DNA of 64,000 nt from Podarcis bocagei (lineage: Eukaryota), in NCBI GenBank assembly GCA_964188305.1, contig OZ076890.1; one strand, given 5' to 3'. Shown piece by piece: positions 53,446 to 64,000 of this stretch. The position numbers were made by a program, and so were the translations under genes. Position 1 is the stretch's first letter. Each line of letters starts with the position of its first letter. Below the pieces are notes generated by a model that saw only the letters and a list, made by a program, of their open reading frames with translations, was not told the origin of the DNA and made no database searches.

Positions 53446-54047
53446 GGGGTGGCCTCTGTATGTTTAGTGGCCTTGACATTTTCTGCTTTGGGTTTTGCAT
53501 TGAGCTCTCCAGGAAATAATAAGGGAATGGAACCTCTCCTTAGCAAACTCAGTGGGTTCTCTTCAAATTACTCCACGACACAAGAGAAATTGCATTTTAG
53601 CATAGAGGAAAAACAATGTGGGTCTCACATATTATGTTTTGTTTTGAACTTTGCATATACCATGTACTTGGGCTGGGAACAGTAGAAAAGCTGCAAATGC
53701 ACTTTGCATAGGGAGCACAAAGCTGCAGAGGGGTGCCTTTGCTTGCGCTCTGCTTCTGTTAAAAAGTGCTTGCCATGCTTCATGTCGTCAGGGTCAGAAA
53801 CAACATCAATATCTGCAGAACAAGCACCTTTAGACAAAGCGGAAGACAAACAACATGCAGACACACTGTGGGTACAACCAGGGAAAACAGGCCTTGTGGG
53901 CCAGGCATTTCCGTTCTTTGATTCTGTTGCTCAGTCATCGCTGCTGCTGAAGTTTATTTCTATCCAGAAAAAATGCCTGCCATTGTGTTCTGTCTCTGTG
54001 CATGAAAGGAAGGTTTCTATTTCTAAAGAACTGCACGCATGTGTGTG

Positions 54048-54050
<3 letters not shown>

Positions 54051-54123
<73 letters not shown>
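54051..54123. repeat. Compound (TC)n(AC)n microsatellite
   Basis: Direct reading. Confidence 0.95.
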
Positions 54124-54124
<1 letters not shown>

Positions 54125-54195
54125 CAAATAGGATCCCTTAGAGCTAGCTCATAGTATCTTGGGGGGTGGAGTTTTGGTTTCCCCAAATAGTGTCC

Positions 54196-54437
54196 CAGTG
54201 GTACCTCGGGTTCAGAACTTAATTCGTTCCAGAGGTCCGTTCTTAACCTGAAACTATTCTTAACCTGAGGTACCACTTTAGCTAATGGGGCCTCCCGCTG
54301 CCGCCGCGCCACCGCCACACGATTTCTGTTCTCATCTTGAAGCAAAGTTCTTAACCCGAGGTACTATTTCTGGGTTAGCAGAATCTGTAACCTGAAGCAT
54401 CTGTAACTTGAAGCGTCTGTAAGCCGAGGTACCACTG
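54196..54437. mobile_element. Tc1/mariner-type MITE, copy 5
   Basis: CAGTGGTACCTCGG...CCGAGGTACCACTG-TA. Confidence 0.9.
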
Positions 54438-54505
54438 TATTTCCTCCTCAGAGGAATGACTAATAACCACTCACATATATAGGACCAAGTAAAGGGGTCT
54501 ATCTA

Positions 54506-54749
54506 CCTGCCAACCTAACAGTTCGAAAGCACATCAAAGTGCAAGTAGCTAAATAGGCTAGCTACTTCCGGCAGGAAGGTGAGCGCCATTTCTGTTCACT
54601 GCTCTGGTTTGCCTGAAGCAGCTTAGTCATGCTGGCCACATGACCTGCAAGCTGTATGCCGGTTCCCTCAGCCTGTAAAGTGAGAAGACAGTCACAGCCC
54701 CAGAGTCGTCCATGACTGGACCTAACGGTCAGGTGTCCCTTTACCTTTT
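54506..54749 (+). mobile_element. Sauria SINE, 5'-truncated
   Basis: CCTGCCAACCTAACAGTTCGAAAGC...CCCTTTACCTTT. Confidence 0.85.
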
Positions 54750-55786
54750 AAAGGGACCTACTAGAGAAACTGTGAGGCTGAAAAGAAAACCTCTGTGTGT
54801 GTTGGACATGTTAGTGGAACAGTCTATCAATGGCTGCTAGCCACAATGGCTATTCTTAAACTGACAAAGCTCAAATAGTGGATAGTGTGATTTTTATTAA
54901 TTTAGACTGGTTCACTTACTGTGGCCCTCTCAGTTATTTGTGTACCAGTGACATTCAGACTGGACTATTGTAATACACTCCTTGTGGGACCACCTTTCAA
55001 GTCGATTCGGATGCATCATGTGGTACAGCTGTCCAAGTGGTGGTGAAATCCAGGTGGCTGGATCATTTGACATCTATATTGTACCAGCTGCACTTCAGGT
55101 GCCAATGCCAATTGCCCAGCCCCCTTAAATATTTTGTTGGGGGGGTAGATAATCCCTGAGGAGTTGGCTCCTATGTAGGGGGTACATCAGACCCATCAGT
55201 TCAGGCCTTTTAAAATGTCCCAAAGGCTTACATGTTTTCAGCTGTGTTTTCTTAAACAAGATTTAATAAAACTGTTTTAGTTACTTAGCCTGCATTCCTA
55301 ACAGAGAAGACATCAGTGGGACTTACTCCCACTTACTCCAAGGTAAGTGGACTTGTGATTGCAACTGAGTAAGTTGTTCATTTATTGCATCTTACCACTT
55401 TTACCAGGGTGGATATGTTTTAGTCTTATTGCTAGTTCTTCCTTCTAATTCCTTTTTGTGTTATGGTTTTATTGTGCTGAAGCTTATGGTTCTTTATATT
55501 GTGTATTGATTATTTGAAGCCACCTTGGGATTGTTCTGTTTGTTTGTTTTTTAACATTTGCAAACAGTTGATAAATAAATGTTACAGAAAGGGATTAATC
55601 TCCACCAGTACTGTGGTCCTTATCCGATCACCCACATCCCTTTGGCTCATTGTGAATCTTCGTTGTCTCCTCTAGCTTGCAATCTTGAAGGAGATAAAGA
55701 ACTTTTATCATATTAGCATTACAGCTAAACTGGACATGAAGCTAAATGCATGGAAGGTAGCATTCCATGTGCGTGTGATTCAAACT

Positions 55787-55787
<1 letters not shown>

Positions 55788-55840
<53 letters not shown>

Positions 55841-56450
55841 TCTTTATTGTCATTGCCCCCTTCGGGGACAACGAAATTACTTGACTGCTCCATAAAAACA
55901 CTAATTAAACAATACAGTATAATACAGCAAGGGAGATTAGATGACTTTCAAAGTCCGGGCTTCCCATTCAGGGCCGAGATCGCTCTGGAGAAGAAGCTGT
56001 TCTTAAGACGGCTCGTTCTTGTCTTCATCGTCCTGTATCTCCGTCCCGACGGCAAGAGCTCGAATAGACAGTGACCAGGATGCGATGGATCTTTTACTAT
56101 GTCCAGTGCCTTCCTATGGCACCTTGTGGCATAAATCCTCTCTAAGGTGGAGAGTGGGCAGCCAACAATGCTCTCTGCTGCCTTAACAACCCTGCACAAC
56201 CCCATCCTGTCCTGGGTAGTACAGCTTCCGTATCACACATGTAAGCCATAAGTGAGCACGCTCTCAATGGCACAGTGATAGAAGGCAAGCAGCAGTTTCT
56301 GCGGAAGATGGTTTTTCCTTAGTATTCTCAAAAAGTACAGTCTCTGCTGCGCCTTCTTCACAAGCCCCCTTGTGTTGACACTCCAGGACAGATCCTCTTG
56401 TAATTCAATGCCCAAAAATCTGAACGTTGTTACCCTCTCCACACAGACCC
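55788..56450 (-). mobile_element. Rex1/Babar-clade LINE, 5'-truncated, second copy
   Basis: RVTTFRFLGIELQEDLSWSVN...KKAQQRLYFLR; near-identical to the 15.4 kb copy; one in-frame stop at about 56233. Confidence 0.9.
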
Positions 56451-57289
56451 CAACATGGAGGTTGCCAAATAGCCAACATGGAGGTTGGATGAGTGAACGG
56501 GGTCAGTAGCACAAGATCAGTACCCCAAAACACAAGGAATTAAGCATACACACACACACACACACACACAAACCAATGTCAATGAACCTGCTTGCCCTCA
56601 TAAACTTCAGGAGGAAAGTTCCCTTTGGTGACAGTGAGAGCTGAACTTCCCTCTAATAGTTCTTATTGCTCTTCCAGGACCATGCTGGGTGAGCAAGAGT
56701 TAAATGCCCACACAGGATAGTCCTGCACCTTGCAGGTTAATTGCTCGTACACCATTAATGTCACATCTAGTTTGCCTCTTAAGTAGTCAAAATGTCTCAC
56801 TTGACATGGCATTACACTTTGTTTCCCTTTTCTTTTCTTCATTTCTTTTCTTTTCGCTGCTGGAATACTCCAGGCCACAGAAGTGACAGCTTGCAGCAGG
56901 TTGTTTCAGGCCTTTTTTCTCCCAACGCTCATTTGGATCAGCTACTTCAAAGCAAGGGGCGAAATGAGGGGAAGACACGGTGTCTTTTTCATTTCCAAGT
57001 CGGGGAATGCCATATCACAAACACAAACGCACACACCACAACTCTGTCAGCAATCTTTGCTGCCCCTGTCATTCAAGGAAGTTGCCAACTCAGTTTCAGA
57101 AAGTCTCTCCTGAATATGAAGAGAATGTAATGAATGATAGATTTTTTTATTTTATTTTTTGCACTCAGATGGTGCTGGAGAGGGGCAGACCTTTTGCCTT
57201 TCAATTTCCATGATAATGAGTGAGTGGATGCCCCACTTAATAAAGACATTTGCTCATAAATCGGGTCCTTCCTTAAAGAGGGCATGTAT

Positions 57290-58038
57290 TGCGGTGAGAC
57301 CTGGACACCCTGTGTTGTGGGTGGGTACGATTGGTCAGCCGCAACACCCAATTGGCAGGTCCCTCATAGCTGGGTGCAATCTGGCCAATGGGACGCAGTC
57401 CAAACGGTTTGAGGGACCTATTTATACCCAGGCATGTGACTCAGAGCTTCCTCTTTCGGCGCATGCATTCGGAACACCCGCCCACCTCTCCCTACTTTTA
57501 GGGCTCTGCCCTTGACCTTGCTATGCTGTCATGTGTCCTCTGTCATTGGGACAGGGGCATGGCAGGAATTTTCCCCACTTGACTGATTGGCCGTTGCCAT
57601 TTGGGTTTTGCCTGCCACATAGCAAATCGTCACAACTTGTAAGGTTGTGGATAGGCTCTTGTTCAGGTGATAGTGATGGGAAAACGCTCTCGCCATCCCT
57701 ATGTGAAGGGTATTCTGTTAAAGGAATCCAGGGACTTGATGGTTTGGTCAACCCTGTGAGGGGGTTTTGCCATGCCTGAGTCCAGGGGGACATTTGGGTG
57801 GCAGAGATAGCCTGTTCCTGGCTTTCCGCTTATCCAGATGTTCACCCTTGGCTGACCTATGCTGGAACCTTGGGTCAGCGCTACTTGCATGGCAGGGAGC
57901 TAGTCCAACCAGAGCCTATGCAACCAGTCACTTTCTGTAATCAATAAAGTTGTGGCCTAAATTCTGTCAAAAACCAAACCAAAATTTGAGTCGTGTGTGA
58001 ATTTATTTAGGGGGGAGGTTTCTGGGTCTGAACACGCA
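57290..58038 (+). mobile_element. LTR-like repeat, apparently complete copy
   Basis: TGCG...CGCA ends flanked by AT; CCAAT boxes, TATTTATA at 57419-57426, AATAAA within the shared 24-mer at 57935-57958. Confidence 0.75.
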
Positions 58039-58135
58039 ATTGCTGTCTGGTGTCCTGGCGAACTCATCGTGTAAGTATCTCCAAACACCTTCTTGAATCC
58101 TGTGTGTTGTCTGCACCAACCCTGGCCGAAATACC

Positions 58136-58170
58136 CTGCCTGCCCGCCTGCCCGCCTGCCCGCCTGCCCG
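58136..58170. repeat. (CCTGCCCG)n short tandem repeat
   Basis: Direct reading. Confidence 0.85.
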
Positions 58171-59286
58171 CTTTTTAACATCTGCTTAAATCCAATACAT
58201 CTCCTACTGTCCACAGATTTCTGGACCAGACAGGTTTGCATATTTTATACTTCCCTCGAGCCATTTGCAGGATGTACAGAGGTAGGGCGGAGGTGAGGGG
58301 GAGGGAGAGGGAACTTTCTGTTTGCATAAGCCTGACATGGTTTTAAATAGAATCCTGTTTCTTTCTCATCCTCTCCAAAAGCAATAAACTAGAATGCATT
58401 AAAACACTTGATGTTAATTATTTCAATATCCTTAATAATTCTCATTCTGCAGATATACTAAAGGTCTATTAATCAAAATTTACGGTAATTATGCCTACCC
58501 AGGCTATCCATTAAATCTCAAAGAGGAACTTAAAGAAAACCAAGCAGACCTTTTTTATATATAGCTCTTTTTTTTTTACTTTCGTGAGTAATGTTGTGGG
58601 CATTTTAATGCCTAGTTTAGAAGCTATTAACGGTATATTTAAAAATGAGTCCCTAACAGCAGATTTATGAGATGCCAATTATCTGATTTGGCTGAAGCAT
58701 CCGGCTGATTGCAACCCCCCCCCCCTTTCTAAAGCCATCACAAAATTAAGCATATTTTTTTTTTTAAGCTACAGTAGATATGCTATGCCAGGTTGAGCAT
58801 CTTGGCTCTTTTACTCTAAAGACTGCAGATAAGAGGCAACAAGAGCCTACTGATGCCCTTTGGAATAAATTCAGGAGGAAATGCCGCCTCTTGTTTGCCT
58901 TGTTAGCCTGGCAGGCAATTGGATGTGGAGTTATTAAGTCACTCAGGCAGGATCACCCAGAATACCAATGCCAAGAACTATTAGCCTTGTCTCAACCTAT
59001 TTTATTTTCCTAGGATGAGATGTAGAATTTGAGGTAATGAGTCAAACAAGACAAGAGTGAGTACTGCTTTGAGAATTCTCTGCTCACTTCTTATTTTAAG
59101 CATAGCACTTTGGAAAGAAAATGATGGTGGTAGCACACACCTCAGTTTTGACTACAGTAGACAGGAATATGGAACATGGCTTATTTTGTGGCCAAAATGA
59201 TTGGGAAGTTGTTGATATTAGAAAGATGCCTTCACTGTTTTGTTTTTGATGCCTGCTCAGAATTATTATTAATTATTATTATTATT

Positions 59287-59652
59287 GGGACGCGGGTGGT
59301 GCTCTGGGTAAAACCTCAGTGCCTAGGACTTGCTGATCGTAAGGTCGGCGGTTCGAATTCCTGCGACGGGGTGAGCTCCCGTCGTTCGGTCCCAGCTCCT
59401 GCCAACCTAGCAGTTCGAAAGCACCCCTAAGTGCAAGTAGATAAATAGGGACCGCTTTATAGCGGGAAGGTAAACAGCGTTTCCGTGTGCAGCACTGGTG
59501 CTGGCTCGCCAGAATGCAGCTTCGTCACGCTTGCCACGTGACCCAGAAGTGTCTTCGGACAGCGCCGGCTCCCGGCCTCTTGAGCGAGATGAGCGCGCCA
59601 CCCTAGAGTCGGTCACGACTGGCCCTGACGGGCAGGGGTACCTTTACCTTTT
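59287..59652 (+). mobile_element. Sauria SINE, full length, inserted in an (ATT)n tract
   Basis: GGGACGCGGGTGG head, GGGGTACCTTTACCTTT tail; CpG-rich, same subfamily as 8664-9005. Confidence 0.93.
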
Positions 59653-59693
59653 TTATTATTATTATTACTACCACCAAAACATGTTAACTTGAC

Positions 59694-60756
59694 TGTCAGG
59701 GACTGACAGGATGAGGAAGAGTGGTGGAAGCCCCCCCCCCGAGCCCCCCAAGGAAGGCACAGAAGAAGATGACTTAGATCCCAGGTCCTGGTGGTGAGAC
59801 ACAGGCCACACATCAGAGGAGTGGACAAGCTGGGAGGTACTAGAAGCAGAAGCTTGAGGGATAGTGTGGCGTTCGTACGGCGCCCACGGTCATCTCATGG
59901 ACTATTGACCCATACACCACTAATCCGCTGCCACCAACCAGGTCCTCTCCGGTAAATCACTTAGTCTCAGTCAGGTTCTCAAGTTAACAAAGAAGAGTGT
60001 AGTTTATTGCAGACACAAACAAACTTTAACTGCATTCCAAACGTTGTTACTCTTTACCATCTTAGTCTTATTTTATCCTGTCTCTATCTCTTCTACCTCC
60101 CCTCACACAAGAACCCACTGCACTGTCTCTCTATTTCCAATTGCCTGCCAACTGCTTTTCCAACTGCCTTTCCCAACCAACCAACCCACTAAAACCAACC
60201 AATTACGCACACCCAAACCTCGGGCTAAGCCCTTTTATAAACAGGTAGGCTCCACCTCCGGCTTTCCTATTGGTCTACATTTTAACCCTTTCTCTTCCCC
60301 ACCCCATACAGACATTTTCAAATGAACGGGCAAATGCCACAGATAGCGAAGAGGCAGAAGTAGGAAGGACACAGGGCAGAGTGATGAGGTTTCCAATTCA
60401 AATGCAGAAATGACAGAGGCGAGCCAGATCCTGCATCTCTCCCACAGCTTCTCTGTTGATGGATCTCTGGCCCCACTTACTCCTAGAACGTGAAGGATGT
60501 TACGTGTTGTCAAGCAACGAGCCAGACAGGAACAGAGAGACACACCTGGGGCTCCCCGTAATAGACGATTACAGGGGAGGAGCCCTGACTCAGAAGGCTA
60601 GAGAGTGAAGGGGCTGCACAGGAGGGGAGTCTGCCTTTATGAGCCTCCTTGTATCTCCCCCCCTTAATAAAGAAACCAACTGCAAGTTAGCCTCACATCT
60701 CTCTCTCTCTCTCTGTGTCCTGTGAATGACCTGCTCTTGCTTTCATCCCTGTGACA
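59694..60756 (+). mobile_element. Solo LTR (Gypsy-like) with 5-bp TSD, interrupted
   Basis: TGTCAGGGA...TCCCTGTGACA; TSD TTGAC at 59689-59693 and 60757-60761; AATAAA at about 60666. Confidence 0.85.
59865..60310 (-). mobile_element. Second solo LTR nested antisense in the first
   Basis: TGT...ACA ends; on minus CCAAT (about 60268-60272), TATAAAA (about 60233-60239), AATAAA (60003-60008) in correct order; TSD imperfect. Confidence 0.65.
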
Positions 60757-63451
60757 TTGACCATGTACTTTAACATGTAACTTAGTTCTATTATTGATAT
60801 AAAACTGGTACTTTTCTTTTGGTGGGGGACTAGATCAACTTTTTCAACTTCTTATTTTATCAGCATTTTCGAGGCATGCTTTATGTATACTGCTTAGAGG
60901 TTGGGATGATTAAGCAGTATATAAATCCCGTTCAAGAAGATAAGTAAATGTTACATTGATGTTCATCCCTAGGGTTGATTCTTGATTTAGTTTGCAGCTT
61001 ATTTGTCAGCAGCATCTCAGAAACAAGTACATACGGGATGCTGCCAGATCTAACTGTTTAGGACACTGTTACTTCTGTGCCAGTCTTTGATAGGAGGCAA
61101 AAGGTTATTTAGACACTAACCATTCCTTTGTTTCAGCAGATACTTCTGCTGTCTCTTTCACTACCCTTCTCCGTGAGTGTTATTGTGTTAAGCAGCTGTG
61201 TGCCTTTGTATTGTACCAAACCAAAGCCACCTCCTTATTTCCTTGGTTCTTTCTCAGCCTTCAGTGTTCAACATCACTTACTCATTCACCATACAAAACA
61301 AATCAAGTCACTCATTGCTGCTGCTTTCAATTCTTCTTTTCAACAGAATATCCATCTGTTCAGGTTTCCTCTCCCCAATGTTCTATATTCTTCAGAGCCT
61401 TGGGGATTCTGCTTTTATTTTTTATTTTGCCGAAAAAGTCCATTGCCATGATTTCATCAACTTCTATGCAAAGTTCAAGTTCTGTAGGCAAACTATTCTA
61501 ACACTATGGTTATGTTTAACTTTACATAACAGTGGGGTGGTTTTTTGTTTTTGCTGGACCATGAAGGATGGAGGAAATCTGAGAGCAAATTCTAGCTGTT
61601 GTGGGTGCCTTCTTATTAGAAACTAAAGTGCAATGACTTTTAATGAGACTTCATTATTCCACAACAACAATTTCCAAAACTAAAAGCTAGCTGCTTTTCT
61701 TTTGATCAGTTGGCGGGGGATCTAAATAGTTTTCAGTAACTTGTGGCATTGAAGAATGGAGGAAAGTTTGTTTTGCATCTATTAAATGGTATGTATATAA
61801 ATTACTGGAGGGAATTGTTTTCTTTGTTGATGGTGAAAAAAATAAGAACAAAGTAGTTCCTTCAGAGACGGAGACGTGATTGAAAGGCTATCCCAAAGCT
61901 TTATTCTTTAGATCCTGATTAGGATTTAAACAGAGATGCCAATGGTATGCGGCCGAATTGCAATTAAATTACATGGAATTTATGTTTCAGTGGCAACTTG
62001 GTATATGGGCCCTCATTTACAAATTGTTGTCTGTGCTCATTAGGCAAACATCAGGCAGCTGATTGCTTCTAATCAAGGAAAAACAAGGCAACTTGCTGAT
62101 TGTTCCTTTCAGTTTGAAGAAAAGTGTGCCAGCATAATTAAAAATCTTTAATTTTTTCAAGACATCATGGAAGAGCTGGGCAGACGACTTCTGGTCCTGA
62201 AGAATAGCTCAGAGTACTTGAAATAGTATAAATATAATATGGGGAACATGATTTCCAGACTCCTTAGTTGGCGTCAGAACACACCAACTAGTCACAATGA
62301 GTAATTTTGGTAATCTGGGAGTAGGGATCTGGAATATGAGAAATTCCAAGGGAATGTGTGAGTGGGAAGGATTGGTTTGACATACCTATGGCTGTAGAGT
62401 AAGGTTGCGAATCAGCACGGTGTAGGGGCTAAATAACATGGATGATTTGTCAAGGAGACCTCCTGAGTCAAGAACACCTCCTGAAGTATGATCAGGGACC
62501 TCACAAAGCCTTGGGTCACTTTGTCGTTCCATTTTATTTATTTATTTTGTCCCTTGATATTTCTCTAGGCCCATGGACTTTACAAGAAGTGAAATTGTAA
62601 AAAAAACAACGTTCCCTGGGGAGCACCGTCTTCTTTTTGTACAGCAGGGTTTCACCATCAACAAAGAAAACAATTCCCTCCAGTAATTTATATACATGAG
62701 GGTAGACTGTGGAAACTTAAGGGGTGGCACCCCCACAGACATCCTACCCATCTCCACTGGGGAAGTGAAGCGAGGTGGTAGCAACTTCTGGCAAGGTCTT
62801 GCTAGACCTGCTGGAGCTATTGCAAGATCTTGTAGAGGTCATGTGAAATCTCACTGCCGCCTTGTCCTCCCTTCTCTGGCAATGATGGGCAGGACACCCA
62901 CAGGGATGTCACCCCTTGGGTTTCTGCAGTCCACCTAGTCTGTATCTCGCAGCCAGATTTACCATATAGGCTTGTTCTGAATATAAAATGAGTGAGATGA
63001 TGATGATGATTAAAATTTGCATACCACCCTATGCCTGCAGGTCTCAGGGCGGTTCAAATGACAATCATATATTACACGTTGGAGACTCAATCTATTAAAT
63101 ATATAAACATGTCACTATTGCCTCATTTATTATTGCTTCATTTAAGAGGACTGATACCATCTTGGTATCCTGGAAGACCTGCTCCCTGGCCTGGAAGGGC
63201 AGGGCGCTGACTGACTCCAGCTGACTGACTCCAGCTACAAAAGCCGAGGCTGTTGAACATACTTTTTATGATATATGTGGAAATCATTCAGTTTGGTTGT
63301 GTACTTTTTGATGTTTTACTTATAATTTATTACTATAGTTATATTTGCAATTATGTTTCTTTTCATGTTGTAAGTTGCATTGAGCATGGTTTTGGTTATG
63401 GAAAGGTGGCATACAAATAGTTTCCTTGCTATTCCATGCATGTACATTTTA

Positions 63452-63867
63452 CAGCTGGACCATAAAGAAGGCTGATCGCCGAAGAATTGATGCTTTTGAA
63501 TTATGGTGCTGGAGGAGACTCTTGAGAGTCCCATGGACTGCAAGAAGATCAAACCTATCCATTCTTAAGGGAATCAGCCCTGAGTGCTCACTGGAAGGAC
63601 AGATCGTGAAGCTGAGGCTCCAATACTTTGGCCACCTCATGAGAAGAGAAGACTCCCTGGAAAAGACCCTGATGTTGGGAAAGATGGAGAGCACAAGGAG
63701 AAGGGGATGACAGAGGATGAGATGGTTGGATAGTGTCTTCGAAGCTACCAGCATGAGTTTGACCAAACTGCGGGAGGCAGTGGAAGACAGGAGTGCCTGG
63801 CGTGCTCTGGTCCATGGGGTCACGACGAGTCGGACACAACTAAAAGACTAAACAACAACAACAACAA
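63452..63867 (+). mobile_element. Bov-B LINE 3' fragment with (CAA)n tail
   Basis: SWTIKKADRRRIDAFELWCWRRLLRVPWTARRSN...YFGHLMRREDSLEKTLMLGK. Confidence 0.95.
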
Positions 63868-64000
63868 TGTATGTACTAAAGGCTGGCATTAGGGCCAATA
63901 TGACCTTTCGGGGGGGGGCATTCTGAACTGTTTCCAGTAACTAAAACCACTATTAAAATTTGGTACACCAATTAAGGAACATGTGTCTGTTCATTTCATG

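Noticed and set aside
53625-54141. Cys-rich ORFs on both strands
   Set aside because: No recognisable domain; one runs into a microsatellite
1-64000. Autonomous transposase, endogenous virus or prokaryote-type system
   Set aside because: No ORF long enough or with the relevant motifs; repeat content is typical of squamate nuclear DNA

Overview
Vertebrate (squamate reptile) genomic DNA, most likely a lacertid lizard judging from the Sauria SINE, Squam/POMSINE-like SINE, Bov-B, L2, CR1, Rex1/Babar and Penelope repeat mix. I could not recognise any host protein-coding exon, tRNA or rRNA gene, so the window reads as intergenic or a large intron. The ORFs I can identify are retrotransposon fragments or microsatellite read-through, and the rest look like chance frames. 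There is one assembly gap (26940-27261). Family names come from recognition, not database search. The most notable structures: (1) an apparent 1.25 kb CpG island (6321-7566) that is actually the cargo of a hAT-type non-autonomous transposon (TIRs plus an exact 8-bp TSD) and carries promoter-like motifs including a perfect RFX X-box; (2) an LTR-like repeat family in four copies lacking normal integrase TSDs, with a covarying RNA stem and one copy that spans about putative TSS to element end and sits inside an older relative with a 10-12 bp duplication; (3) Penelope-like inserts with inverted arms and hammerhead-ribozyme cores; (4) a 5'-inverted, internally deleted Bov-B; (5) several nested insertions.
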